64,000 nucleotides of DNA from an uncultured virus (IMG/VR IMGVR_UViG_3300042868_008532) (lineage: Duplodnaviria > Heunggongvirae > Uroviricota > Caudoviricetes): IMG/VR virus record IMGVR_UViG_3300042868_008532, positions 1 to 64,000 of that record. One strand, 5' to 3'. Below, piece by piece: positions 31,210 through 41,689 of this stretch. Numbering within the stretch: the stretch's first letter is position 1; every line of letters begins with the position of its first letter. A program made the position numbers and the translations under genes. The notes beneath the pieces were generated by a model. The model worked only from the letters and a program-made list of their open reading frames with translations. It was not told where the DNA came from and did no database searches.

Positions 31210-33066
31210 TTATCTCAATTCTCTTAAATCGAATGTTCTAACACCATCTACAGTAATTCTTCCGTAAAATCTGTTGTTCACCATTTTTTTCGCGTAACGA
31301 GTCATTATACCTTTAATCGGTGTAAAGTTGAATGGGTTGTACATTGTTGGTGTTAATTGTAATGGTACATACGGTGCGTAGATGTATCCTGTGTCTAACA
31401 ATGATGTTCCTTTGTGTCCAATTAACACTTGGTTAGCTGGGAAGTAAGGGTCACGGTAAACTTGGTAACGTCCTGCTAATGTTCCAACTCTTTCAATACC
31501 CATGTTATATTGGTCTTGTTCAGGAGAAGCATTAGATACGTGGAAGTACTCTAAATCATCAAAGATAGCAGAAACCTCAGAAGATACAACAATCCAGTTT
31601 GCTCCACCTCTTAAAGTAGATTTGTGGATTTGTGCAGACAATTGGTTAATTGCTGTAATTAATGTTTGGTTCCAATCTTTTTGAGTGTAAGAAGTTACTT
31701 GAGAAATTCTTCTCCAACCATTGTAATCCCATCTCAAGTTCCATGCAGCACCTTTACGTAAATCTCTTAAGATTTCACGGTCAATTTCTGCCGCAACTTG
31801 CTCAGATAATAAAGCTGTTAATTCAGCTTCAGCATCGATGTTGTGGAAAGCTGCAACGTCTTGAGCTAACTCAGGAGACCATTGTGCTCTTAATTTTCTT
31901 TCTGTAACTGATACAGTAACTGAATCTAAATCGAAAGAAACCTCACCGATTTTATCTTCAAATTCTAATTCTTCATAACGTCTGAAAACAGCTTTAAATG
32001 AAGTTGTTGCTAATGCTTCAGAAATAGTTGTACCTGTGTAACCATCTAACGATGAAGAATCACAATCAGCACATACTGGACAAGATAAATCAACTTCTAA
32101 CCAAATACAACCATCAACGTCACATACATTTTTGAATGAACCACCGTTACCAGTAGATGCAAATGTTGTTTGAGTTGTGTTACCATATTTCACAATACCT
32201 CTACCATAGATTTGAGTTACAACTCTAAATAATAAAGCTCCTGTAGATACAGCACATGGTGAACTAGCGTCAACTGTTAAACCAGCTCCTGTATAGATAA
32301 TTAAATCAGATAAGAATGATTCAGTATCCATTTCGTTACCATCAGGTCCGATTAATTTTCCTGCACCTGTGTCAGCAAAACCACACATTTTAATGATAAC
32401 TTTTCTTGTGTTACCTGAAGCAATTACTGCTGCTCCATCAGTTGTTCCTGAAATAACTGCATCAACTAAAACTCCACCTGTCCATTTTTGGATAGTTGTT
32501 GTTGCTGTGATAGCTGACCAACGACCTTTAGAATAATCAAATAATCCTGGTGGGTCTAAACTTGGTTCGTTACCTTCATAGAATAAATCATAAAGATTTT
32601 TTTCATATACTGGGTTGTTTGAGCCTGAACCTGCTGTGTAACCTTCACTTGGAGAACCTGGATAATTTCCTGGAGACCCGATTGGTGCGTAGTGCTCACC
32701 TGAATACTGACCGTCAATACCGTCTTTGTATCCTTGAATTTTTGGTACAAAATAGAATAATTTACCGATTGGTAAGTTCATTGCTTGTACAGAAACGATA
32801 TCATTCGCTAATAATTTAGAGAATACTCTTCTTACGATAGGAAATACAACAGTTTCAAATGAACCTGAAGACCCGTCAGAAGTTGCTTCGTTTATTAAGA
32901 AAGACGCTTGGTTCTCATATAATTGAGCTACGTTTTCTCTTAAGTGACCTTTAAGACCTTCAAGAAATCCTAATTTGTCCCATTTGTTGATTGTGTCTTC
33001 TTTAATAACTTTAAGGTGTTTTAACCCGATGTTACCAACTAGACCTGATTCTAATAATGCTCCCAT
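31210..33066 (-). CDS. Major capsid protein, T4 gp23-like
   Basis: VQAM..P.G..F, RKLRAQWSPELAQD..AFHNIDAEAEL, EIDREIL, YAPYVPL, GIMTRY. Confidence 0.97.
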   Translation of the reverse strand: MGALLESGLVGNIGLKHLKVIKEDTINKWDKLGFLEGLKGHLRENVAQLYENQASFLINEATSDGSSGSFETVVFPIVRRVFSKLLANDIVSVQAMNLPIGKLFYFVPKIQGYKDGIDGQYSGEHYAPIGSPGNYPGSPSEGYTAGSGSNNPVYEKNLYDLFYEGNEPSLDPPGLFDYSKGRWSAITATTTIQKWTGGVLVDAVISGTTDGAAVIASGNTRKVIIKMCGFADTGAGKLIGPDGNEMDTESFLSDLIIYTGAGLTVDASSPCAVSTGALLFRVVTQIYGRGIVKYGNTTQTTFASTGNGGSFKNVCDVDGCIWLEVDLSCPVCADCDSSSLDGYTGTTISEALATTSFKAVFRRYEELEFEDKIGEVSFDLDSVTVSVTERKLRAQWSPELAQDVAAFHNIDAEAELTALLSEQVAAEIDREILRDLRKGAAWNLRWDYNGWRRISQVTSYTQKDWNQTLITAINQLSAQIHKSTLRGGANWIVVSSEVSAIFDDLEYFHVSNASPEQDQYNMGIERVGTLAGRYQVYRDPYFPANQVLIGHKGTSLLDTGYIYAPYVPLQLTPTMYNPFNFTPIKGIMTRYAKKMVNNRFYGRITVDGVRTFDLRELR

Positions 33067-33098
33067 TTTTTTTGGTTTTTATTAATTTTTATTTATTT

Positions 33099-34649
33099 TT
33101 ATTTTAATTTTGACATTAAGTCTTTCATTCTTAAGAACTGTGGATTCTCATATGTTTTAGATTCAATTAGATTAATTGCTGAACCTGTTGAAGGTGCTTT
33201 AGCAATTGTTCTTTCTAATGACTCATTCATAGGTTGAGAAGAAGTCCCTGTAAGTTCATCCTTAATGACTTTGTATAAGTTTTTAGATTCTTTAATGTTT
33301 TCAACACCGTCAAATCTTCTTAAGATATTTATTTTTTCTTGTTTTGATGTTGAATGTTCTGTAAACAAACGAGTAGCGTAAGCTAAGTTTGAATTAAACA
33401 CTGCAACCTCATTCAATTTATTTCTAAATACGTTAAGAGCTTTTCTGTATTCTTCATTTTTTTCTCTAAGAACTGTTAACTCAGTTGTATTAGTATTCTC
33501 TTTAATTGCGGTATTAAAAGATGAGTGTGCTCTTGGTTTTGGCAAACCACCTTTTCTGAAATTACTTCCATTACCTAATGTGCGAGAAGCCTCTTTTGTT
33601 TCAGCTTTTTTAGTTGTGTTAGCAACTTGCTCTTTTGTTTCTGTTTTTTTAACAGTTTTCATTTTACCTTCAAGATTTTCACCATCTTTGTAATCAAATT
33701 TTGCTTTTCCTGTACCCATAGTTACATTAGCAGATTTTTTTACAGTTTTGAAACCACCATTTTGATTAGGTTTAGTATCATATTTAAATTTACTAGGATT
33801 CCCTAATCCGGTTCCTTTAGGTTTTACAGTCATTTTAGATTCTACTACTGTATCATCATCCATGTCCATATCATCTTGTTCATCTAACTCTGTGTCGTCT
33901 TCGTCATCAAAAGAAATTTCATAAACGATTTCTTCATCGTCCATATCTTCTTCTTCGTCAAATTCTGATTCAAAATCTTTGAAGTGTCCATCAACATCTC
34001 CAATTTTATGACCATTACGTCTTTTAAAATCGTGTTTGTTTCCTCCAAACGCTTCACCCATTTCTGAATCTTCGTCGTCATTATCAAATACTCTAGATAT
34101 GATATCTTCGATACCTTCAGAATCATCGTCTTCATCTTCGTCTTCAAATTCGAATTCGTCTTCGTCTTCGTCTTCGTCGTTAAATTGTTCAAACATTTCT
34201 TCATCTTCGCTCTCACCAACAATCATGTATTCTTTATTGTTCTCGTTGTCTTTTAAACTGATGTTACCAGAATCATCTTTAGTAACTACAATATTATCCT
34301 CAGGTCCCATTAATTGAAATACACGTAAGATTTCTTCATCGTCATCTACGTCAGTAAGGTCTATGGTTTCTTCGTCATCATCCATATCTACATTATCAGT
34401 ATCCATGTCGTCTTCCATATCTACATCAACATCCATGTCATCCATGTCTGTATCCATATCCATGTCATCCATGTCAACTTCAGTGTCAATCTCTTCTTCT
34501 TCTTGTTCTGTAAGAGATTCTTTTACTAGTTCTTTGATTTCTTGCGACATTGTCGAAGCAAGTATTCCTTTTGCATTTTCAGCTACCGCTTCTTCCAAAT
34601 TTTTCATTTGGATGATAGCTTCTTCAACTAAAGATTTTTCTTTTGCCAT
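33099..34649 (-). CDS. Prohead core/scaffolding protein
   Basis: Very acidic, coiled-coil, immediately upstream of MCP; C-terminal LNEV..FNSNLAY. Confidence 0.75.
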   Translation of the reverse strand: MAKEKSLVEEAIIQMKNLEEAVAENAKGILASTMSQEIKELVKESLTEQEEEEIDTEVDMDDMDMDTDMDDMDVDVDMEDDMDTDNVDMDDDEETIDLTDVDDDEEILRVFQLMGPEDNIVVTKDDSGNISLKDNENNKEYMIVGESEDEEMFEQFNDEDEDEDEFEFEDEDEDDDSEGIEDIISRVFDNDDEDSEMGEAFGGNKHDFKRRNGHKIGDVDGHFKDFESEFDEEEDMDDEEIVYEISFDDEDDTELDEQDDMDMDDDTVVESKMTVKPKGTGLGNPSKFKYDTKPNQNGGFKTVKKSANVTMGTGKAKFDYKDGENLEGKMKTVKKTETKEQVANTTKKAETKEASRTLGNGSNFRKGGLPKPRAHSSFNTAIKENTNTTELTVLREKNEEYRKALNVFRNKLNEVAVFNSNLAYATRLFTEHSTSKQEKINILRRFDGVENIKESKNLYKVIKDELTGTSSQPMNESLERTIAKAPSTGSAINLIESKTYENPQFLRMKDLMSKLK

Positions 34650-34766
34650 TTGTGTTTAAGTTATTTTAATATATAAATATCTCCCATTATTAAAAAATCA
34701 TTATTTTTAATAATTTGGTGTTGAGTTTTTTTATAACTATAAATATTACCAAAAAAATAAAAGCAT

Positions 34767-34794
34767 AAAAAAAGGAGACATTTCTGTCTCCTTT
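34767..34794. terminator. Terminator hairpin
   Basis: AAAAAAAGGAGACA TTTC TGTCTCCTTT. Confidence 0.75.
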
Positions 34795-34816
34795 ATTAAT
34801 TATTGAATATAAATTC

Positions 34817-35026
34817 TTATTCTATCACTTCATCAATTTTGCTTTCAACAATTGCTGTGATTCTCCATTCCATTGTATAATGCTCAAAAACTTTCGTAAC
34901 TTTCGCTTCTACATCAGTTGGGTTATAACCACTAACTAATTTTTCTTCTCTTAATTTTTTAATCTTTCCTGATGCCTCATCAACTGAGTCTAAGGTAATT
35001 TTTGCAATGAAATACTTCTCGTCCAT
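34817..35026 (-). CDS. Small protein, possibly DUF4494-like
   Basis: G.IKK.REE.LV.....T.VEAKV pattern. Confidence 0.45.
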   Translation of the reverse strand: MDEKYFIAKITLDSVDEASGKIKKLREEKLVSGYNPTDVEAKVTKVFEHYTMEWRITAIVESKIDEVIE

Positions 35027-35043
35027 AATTTTTTTTATTTAGT

Positions 35044-35769
35044 TTAATGACCTAAATAATCGTTTAATTTTTTCATTAAGTCAAGTGATTTATTACCTGA
35101 ATTACCAACATGTCTTTCAACACTCATTCTTTTCTCTTCATCTAAGTTTTCATCATACAAACTTTTATCCTCTTTATTTAAAAATAGGTATGCTCCCGGT
35201 GTTGAAGGTGAAGACACTAAGTCAAAACAAATTAATTCAAAATCATCTTGTACTTCGTTTTGGTCACCAATTTTTTTAAGTGACCCAACACCCCTTGATG
35301 ATATACCTAAAGTAACTCCTTGTCTTAAGTAATTTGCAGCTAAATCTCCTTTAGTTGAACAGATACCTCTTTCATGGTAACCCGGTGATGTCAATAATTT
35401 AATCTTTCCCATTAAGACGTTACCTTCCCACCATACTTCAGTGATTGCATGAGAAACTCTATCTAAATCAATTAGTGATGATTCCGGGTGATTTAACTCT
35501 GATAGAGCAGTACCCTTTTTAATCATTTTTTTATAATTCTCAGATTCTCTTTTTAATATACGTTCAGGGTATAATCTACCATTTCTATTTGGGGTGTCAT
35601 ATTTTTGTAATACGGCATAAAATTCAAATGGTTTTGAGTGGTCCAACATCTCGCTAGATTCTCTAATTAAAGTTTCGTTACGATTATCCTTTGGGTTAAT
35701 ATAACCCGCATCGTATTCAACTAATATACCTTTTCCTGATTCATTCGGTTGTAATATTTTTAAACTCAT
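35044..35769 (-). CDS. Prohead core protease, T4 gp21-like
   Basis: NRNGRLYP, ELNHP, VSH.I, GISSRGVGSL, DLVSSPSTPGA. Confidence 0.95.
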   Translation of the reverse strand: MSLKILQPNESGKGILVEYDAGYINPKDNRNETLIRESSEMLDHSKPFEFYAVLQKYDTPNRNGRLYPERILKRESENYKKMIKKGTALSELNHPESSLIDLDRVSHAITEVWWEGNVLMGKIKLLTSPGYHERGICSTKGDLAANYLRQGVTLGISSRGVGSLKKIGDQNEVQDDFELICFDLVSSPSTPGAYLFLNKEDKSLYDENLDEEKRMSVERHVGNSGNKSLDLMKKLNDYLGH

Positions 35770-35792
35770 TTTAAATGTTTTAATAATAAATA

Positions 35793-36263
35793 TTAAACAT
35801 TTTCGGTTTGTGACGGATATTCAACGGATTTGATTTTTTTAGTTAGATAAAAGTTAAAATAATTATTTTTATAAAAGTTATCATTAAAGATTTGATTTGT
35901 TATTTTAATTAATGAATCTTTAATTTGTTTTGATTTAAAATCGAAGTTTTCCTCAATAATAAAAAAGTTAATTTCAATATTCATAAATGATTTTTTCCCC
36001 AAATTTAAACCGCTTGACCTTAAATCTAAATCAACGATAAATTTTGTATCAAAAATTTTATTATTTAAAGAGTCATAAACTGAGTGTTTTACTCCCCTAC
36101 TTAGGTTTAAAACTGTTCGATTCCAATTATCACAATCATAGAATGGTTCGACCCATGTTTGTATATTTAAGTAAAGTGATTTTAAGTTGACAGAATCAAC
36201 TGTTCCATAAACAACTTTTGCAGTTTTAAAACCGTTTAGTTGAGAGGTTTTCCCCTTTTTCAT
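35793..36263 (-). CDS. Hypothetical phage protein
   Basis: 156-aa ORF in the head module. Confidence 0.65.
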   Translation of the reverse strand: MKKGKTSQLNGFKTAKVVYGTVDSVNLKSLYLNIQTWVEPFYDCDNWNRTVLNLSRGVKHSVYDSLNNKIFDTKFIVDLDLRSSGLNLGKKSFMNIEINFFIIEENFDFKSKQIKDSLIKITNQIFNDNFYKNNYFNFYLTKKIKSVEYPSQTENV

Positions 36264-36355
36264 TAATTTTCATATTTTTCCTTTTATTTTTAAAAAAGAT
36301 AGGTAAAAATAGGTGTTAGGTCAAATTTTTTGTTAATTTGGAATATATGTATAAT

Positions 36356-36550
36356 ATGTTAATAATTAAATTAGATAAAAATACATCAATAGAGAAAGCG
36401 TTAAAACTCTATAAAAGTAAAGTTATTAAGACACGTCAAAGCTCTGAACTTAATAAAAGAAAAGAATTTATTAAACCTTCCGTAAAAAAAAGAAACGTGT
36501 TAGCAAAAGCTAAACACGTTCAATTAAAATATTATTCGGATAATAATTAA
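36356..36550 (+). CDS. rpsU: Ribosomal protein bS21
   Basis: MLIIKLDKNTSIEKALKLYKSKV.KT....EL.KRKEFIKPSVKKR: bS21 signature with Bacteroidota-like MLII start; ATG at 36356 preferred over 36338. Confidence 0.9.
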   Translation: MLIIKLDKNTSIEKALKLYKSKVIKTRQSSELNKRKEFIKPSVKKRNVLAKAKHVQLKYYSDNN

Positions 36551-37290
36551 AGATTTTCTTTTAAACTTTTAAGTTTAAAATAAGTCAACTTGTCGTATTT
36601 CTCAGATATCACTTTTGTAAGTGTTTCATCAATCCTACCTTTCACTGAATTATCTTCAGATGACTCTTTCATTGCATTTAATTTATCAACCACACTTTCT
36701 TTAAGAGTGTTAAATTTAATTGATAATTCTTTATCATCTTCAGACAACAATTTAACAATTTCTTTTTTATCAGACTCACTTAAACCATCAATATAATTTT
36801 TAATGGTTTTGTTTGCAACACTAACCATAGTTGATAATGGAAGTTCAATACCTTTAGTTTGTATAACCGGTATTTTTTTTAAATTTTCTAAAATTAAATT
36901 TTTACTTTTAAGTCTTGATTCAATAGTTAAAACATCTGTTGAAAATAGGTTGTCAATGTTTTCATATGAATTATTTGATTTCGTATTTTTAACCCATGTA
37001 TTTAATTTTTTTAAATCTGCCGGTAAAATTTTATTAACAGCATTTTCATATAGAGTAATACATTCATGGATGTATTCTCTTGAATATGAATCATTCAAAC
37101 CTTTTCTAGTGTTTAATTCATCATACATGTAGAAAATTTTACTAACATTTTTATTTTCTAATACAAGTTTTTTAAATGTTTTTAATTCGTCTTTAAATGT
37201 ATCGTTTTTATACGATTCAAGTAATACGTTTTCTATCTTCGATTTTAATATTCCAAACTTTGTCATTTTCTTTTTAATTATAAATATCAA
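36547..37290 (-). CDS. Hypothetical head-module protein (start probably 37266)
   Basis: ORF downstream of the portal gene with TATTTATA just upstream of MTKF. Confidence 0.65.
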   Translation of the reverse strand: MIFIIKKKMTKFGILKSKIENVLLESYKNDTFKDELKTFKKLVLENKNVSKIFYMYDELNTRKGLNDSYSREYIHECITLYENAVNKILPADLKKLNTWVKNTKSNNSYENIDNLFSTDVLTIESRLKSKNLILENLKKIPVIQTKGIELPLSTMVSVANKTIKNYIDGLSESDKKEIVKLLSEDDKELSIKFNTLKESVVDKLNAMKESSEDNSVKGRIDETLTKVISEKYDKLTYFKLKSLKENL

Positions 37291-39143
37291 TCATTTAAGA
37301 TTTTATCCAATTCTTTCTCGATATCACCTAAAGAATTTCTTGCTCGAGATAAATCAATATACGAATCATCTTCAGTTAAACTACGGCTTTCCAATAAAAT
37401 GTTCATATTCTCCCGTGTTTTTGATTCAGGTGTTAATTCTGCTTCACCACCAGCTTCAGGCGCTCCACCCGGTTCAGGTGCTCCACCCGGTTCAGGTGCT
37501 CCACCTAATTCAGACTCAAGACCACCTAAGGCACCTCCTCCACCAGCAGGTGGTGGTGCAGGAACAGCTCCACCAACAGCGGTTGTTCCGGATTTACTTG
37601 CGTATAATTTATCAATAGTATCAAATACTCCTGTATGAGTGATAATTGTTGCGGTATTAGTTAACTCAGCACCAACGGCTTTTTCAATACGTTGTTGTTG
37701 TAAATCTAATTTAATTTCTTCATCAGAGAATCCTAACACATGTTTTTTAGCCCATGTTACCGATACCGGAGCAATACCTTCGATAGCAGCCACTGCGTCT
37801 TTATACAATAAAATTTTCTCTTTCCAAATATCGATTTTTAATAAATCGGCTTGTGAAGATGGGTTAGTTAATGCCAATGTAAAGTTTGATAATTCATCCT
37901 CAAACCCTAATAAAAATAAATGAATAATTGCGATTTTGTTTAATTCTGCAATCATCGATTTTTGTATTCTATTAATTGTTCTTGCGAAACGAATATCCAT
38001 TAATGATAGATTTTTACCATCACCAGTAACTTCTTCAAAACCTAAGAATGCTTTAGGTACACGAAGAGCGGTTAACAATTTCTTTTGGATGTATTCAATA
38101 TCCGCAATCTCAGCTAAGTTTTGTGCTCCCGGTAATGTATCAATTGGGTTTGGTGCCGCAGGGTCACGAACAGGAATAAAGTAATCTTGGTCAACAGCCA
38201 TTTGATTGAATCTCATATCAACATTACCTGTTTGAGAATCCACAACTTGACTTCTTTTAAATTTATTAGCAACACGTTGTACATACGGTTCAACATCTTT
38301 ATCATCCATGTTACCAACATAAACTTTAAAAACACGTCTTTCAGGTGCTCTTGATGTTCTATAAATTAACATCGCATCTTCAGACAATAATAATTGTTTC
38401 CATATACGTCTTGCTTTCTCTAACATAGAAGTACCATAAGGAAGTTTTCTATCATCACCTAGTAATCTAAAGTGAGCTATCTCCCATGAATTAAACTCCA
38501 TGTCTTTAACTTTCCATTTGAAACGTAAACCCCTATTTTCAAGTGGTTCATCAACATTTGCCGCCTTCGCAGCCATACCACGTTCCAAACGTTCAATTTC
38601 AATGTTTGGTAATTGCATACATCCAACAATACCTTTTTCAGCATCCAATTTTAGATACACAAAATTATCCCCATATTTACAAGTGTTTCTTGTCCACATA
38701 GGTAAGTTAGTATTTAAATCTAAAACATTGTTAAATAAATCCGTTAAGATACTTTTTATTCTTTTTGATTCAGAATAAATTTGTAACATATAACCATTTT
38801 GGTCAACAGTTGTTGATTCCTCACCATAGATATCTAATGCCGCAGAAATTTCAGGAGTGTACTCCATAGATTCATAATCATAAAATGACGCTAAACGAGT
38901 TGGTTCATAATATACCGCTTGGGTATATAAGTTACTCTCAATTTTAGTCCATTGGTTGGCTAAGTAATAAGTTTGTTGTGCCTGTAATTTTTCTCTCTCG
39001 TATTCGGCTTTAGATGTGGTTTTTAATAATTCCTTCTTATCTAACTTATATACGGGATAATCTTGGTTCAATAACGAGTTCGGTCCAAATGCTTTGGATA
39101 ATCTTTGCCAAACTGTTAAATCATTATTTTGATTGTTTTCCAT
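37287..39143 (-). CDS. Portal protein, T4 gp20-like
   Basis: PEISAALDI, YGTSMLE.ARR.W.QL.L.EDAMLIYR.SRAPERRVF.V.VGNM, IDTLPG.QNL. Confidence 0.96.
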   Translation of the reverse strand: MENNQNNDLTVWQRLSKAFGPNSLLNQDYPVYKLDKKELLKTTSKAEYEREKLQAQQTYYLANQWTKIESNLYTQAVYYEPTRLASFYDYESMEYTPEISAALDIYGEESTTVDQNGYMLQIYSESKRIKSILTDLFNNVLDLNTNLPMWTRNTCKYGDNFVYLKLDAEKGIVGCMQLPNIEIERLERGMAAKAANVDEPLENRGLRFKWKVKDMEFNSWEIAHFRLLGDDRKLPYGTSMLEKARRIWKQLLLSEDAMLIYRTSRAPERRVFKVYVGNMDDKDVEPYVQRVANKFKRSQVVDSQTGNVDMRFNQMAVDQDYFIPVRDPAAPNPIDTLPGAQNLAEIADIEYIQKKLLTALRVPKAFLGFEEVTGDGKNLSLMDIRFARTINRIQKSMIAELNKIAIIHLFLLGFEDELSNFTLALTNPSSQADLLKIDIWKEKILLYKDAVAAIEGIAPVSVTWAKKHVLGFSDEEIKLDLQQQRIEKAVGAELTNTATIITHTGVFDTIDKLYASKSGTTAVGGAVPAPPPAGGGGALGGLESELGGAPEPGGAPEPGGAPEAGGEAELTPESKTRENMNILLESRSLTEDDSYIDLSRARNSLGDIEKELDKILND

Positions 39144-39200
39144 ATGAAAAATTTAAATATTTTTTTATTTTAATAAATAGTTGAGATTAATCAATTATTA

Positions 39201-39884
39201 TCATGGGATGGTTGGTGTGGGGGTTGGCATAGGATAATTTGCTGGTGGTGTTGGTATAGGGAATGGGTGACATTCAACAATTAAATTGTCATCATTTTCC
39301 GCAGTAATTCTAATATAATCCTCAGTTGCCAAGTAACAAATTTCAACAATTGGTGACGGAGTCATAGTAGGTGTTGGTGTAGGCGTTGGAGTACTTGTTG
39401 GTGGTGGTGTCGGTGTTGGTGTCGGTGTTGGTTCAGGAGTAGGTGTTGGAGGAAGAGCTCCACTAAACACATCAATTGTTTTAGGTTTTTTGAATTCCGG
39501 TGCAAATACTTTAACACTTAAAATGTCTTGACCCGGTACAACCATTCTAGAACCTGCAAAAATATTTCCAGATTTTTTTCTATTTTCAAAACTACCACCT
39601 TTTGTGGTACTTTTGTTCAATGCGGTATAGATAATAGATTCTGACGCAAAATTAAGTCCGCCACCACTAGGTTTAAAAATTGACTCAACTCTATAACTTA
39701 AAATGTTTTGTCCCGGAACAACCATTGTCGAACCAGCGATAGCATTACCTGATTTTTTCCTATTCTCAAATCCACCTGATTTACCAACACCAGTATTAAG
39801 TAAACCATTCGAGTACAAATCTGCATTTGCGTCAAAGGTTATACTATTATTTAATGATGAGGTCTTTCTATCGGTGGTACCCAT
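39201..39884 (-). CDS. Hypothetical protein with duplicated domain and Pro-Thr tract
   Basis: Two copies of FENRKKSGN..AGS.MVVPGQ.ILS; long PT repeat. Confidence 0.7.
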   Translation of the reverse strand: MGTTDRKTSSLNNSITFDANADLYSNGLLNTGVGKSGGFENRKKSGNAIAGSTMVVPGQNILSYRVESIFKPSGGGLNFASESIIYTALNKSTTKGGSFENRKKSGNIFAGSRMVVPGQDILSVKVFAPEFKKPKTIDVFSGALPPTPTPEPTPTPTPTPPPTSTPTPTPTPTMTPSPIVEICYLATEDYIRITAENDDNLIVECHPFPIPTPPANYPMPTPTPTIP

Positions 39885-39904
39885 TTATGTTTATTTGATA
39901 AATA

Positions 39905-41674
39905 TTATCTATTCCCAAATAACCAGCCGTATTTTAGATAATCGTCTTTACTTATATTACCATTACTGAATTGACCAACTCTTTCATTGGTGTTAGGAAT
40001 TACAGGGTTAAACGATATGGCTTCTCTAACATTATCATTATTACTAATCGACCAAGAATCAATCATCGCTTTGGTATGTTCAGTCACTTTTGTTAATTTA
40101 CTGAATGAAGATTCTGCAACATATGTCGCCATAGCAATCGACATAATTAAATCGTCGTGATGACCCTTTTGATGGTCAGGTCGACCATTCATATAGATAA
40201 ATGTATTCATTTCGTTATATAGTCTTGAACTATATATCCTGAACCCGTGTCTCATAACTTCTTCATAAGACGCTATAATTTGTACCCTCTTATTGTTAAA
40301 GTTAATACCAGGTATTTTTTCAGCAGCTTTTGGGTCGTACTTCCATTTGTTCGCGGAATCAACACCATCAATGTATAAATCTTTGAAATTCATTTCCTGT
40401 AACTTTCTCGCTGTCGATACTCCCATTCCACCTGTAATATCAATAACGACAAAACAAGAATATAATGTTGCCCATTTGTGACAAATTTCCGCCATCGTAT
40501 CGGGGGGTAATTTTCCAACATATTCAGCAACTTGTTCCATAGTGTCAAAATCAACAATTTGAAAAGAACTAAAATCTTCTGAATCTCCACGAGAAACGTC
40601 AACACCCATGATATATTTATGTCCAACAATAGGGTCTTTCCAAATCCAAAGAGCGTTACCCATTCTTTTACTTATTGGTTCTAAAATCATGTTTTCACGA
40701 ATCTTATTCATCATAATAGAATCAAATACGTTATCACCCGAACCTAAAAAGTTACATTCTAACTCCTGAGATACTTTACGTTTATCGTATTTTAATTTTT
40801 TAACCATCGCCTCAAACCAAGAAGAACAAGGTTTAAAACCGGCATCCATAATAATTCTTAATTCTTTGTAATTTCTATCCTCATATGGTATTTTAGCCCA
40901 ATCAATAATGTCGTCCGGTTTGTAATCTTCTTTATTTAATAAATAATGAATAACATCCTCAGTTTTAACTAAATATAAATCTTTAGTATAACGTGGGTCA
41001 CGATACCAAAACATTTCTGTAATTTTGAAATCATTCATATTACGTAATGCTTGGTCATATATCTCATAATAAATCGCGTCATAACCATTAGGTGTGGAGA
41101 CAACAATTACTTTACCACCCGTAGATAGAGAAGCCATACAGGCAGCCCAAAAGTCACTATCAGCCTCAATAAAGGCTGCCTCATCAAATATAAGTATGGT
41201 TGGTGTAAATCCACGTAAGGCATCCTTAGATGTCGCAACGGCTTTAACCTCACACCCATTTGTTAATTTATAATGTTTTTGAGAATTTTTTGTTTTGTCA
41301 AAGTCAACACCTGTCCAAGAAGGCCATTGACCAACAAACGCTTTTATTTTATTAGCCATCTCTAATGAGGTGTCTAATTTATTGGCGATAATTAGAATTT
41401 TTTCAGGGGTTTCTTTTCTTGCGAATACAAGTTTTCGTGACATCCAAGCCGCAGTAACTGTTGATACTCCGGCTTGTCTATACTTCAATGCAATGTTTTC
41501 ATTGTATTCTTCGTAATCTTGGAGTAAGGATAATTGGTCAGGAAAAAGTTCCAATGGAACATATTTTTTAACTGTATTATCGTATGTTTCTAAATACGTT
41601 TTGAGTGCGTACTCAACATCTCTACTACATTTTACGTATTCTATTAATACTTGTTCTTTAGTTAAATTTGACAT
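39905..41674 (-). CDS. Terminase large subunit, gp17-like
   Basis: KYRQAGVST, IFDEAAF, STPNG, QELEC.F, GVDVSRG...D.S, HDDLIM. Confidence 0.95.
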   Translation of the reverse strand: MSNLTKEQVLIEYVKCSRDVEYALKTYLETYDNTVKKYVPLELFPDQLSLLQDYEEYNENIALKYRQAGVSTVTAAWMSRKLVFARKETPEKILIIANKLDTSLEMANKIKAFVGQWPSWTGVDFDKTKNSQKHYKLTNGCEVKAVATSKDALRGFTPTILIFDEAAFIEADSDFWAACMASLSTGGKVIVVSTPNGYDAIYYEIYDQALRNMNDFKITEMFWYRDPRYTKDLYLVKTEDVIHYLLNKEDYKPDDIIDWAKIPYEDRNYKELRIIMDAGFKPCSSWFEAMVKKLKYDKRKVSQELECNFLGSGDNVFDSIMMNKIRENMILEPISKRMGNALWIWKDPIVGHKYIMGVDVSRGDSEDFSSFQIVDFDTMEQVAEYVGKLPPDTMAEICHKWATLYSCFVVIDITGGMGVSTARKLQEMNFKDLYIDGVDSANKWKYDPKAAEKIPGINFNNKRVQIIASYEEVMRHGFRIYSSRLYNEMNTFIYMNGRPDHQKGHHDDLIMSIAMATYVAESSFSKLTKVTEHTKAMIDSWSISNNDNVREAISFNPVIPNTNERVGQFSNGNISKDDYLKYGWLFGNR

Positions 41675-41689
41675 AAGTCAACTTGGTTA

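Noticed and set aside
34036..34659. Ser-rich plus-strand ORFs (and similar shadow ORFs at 2833, 4319, 37399, 49824, 60877)
   Set aside because: Antisense shadows of acidic or low-complexity real genes
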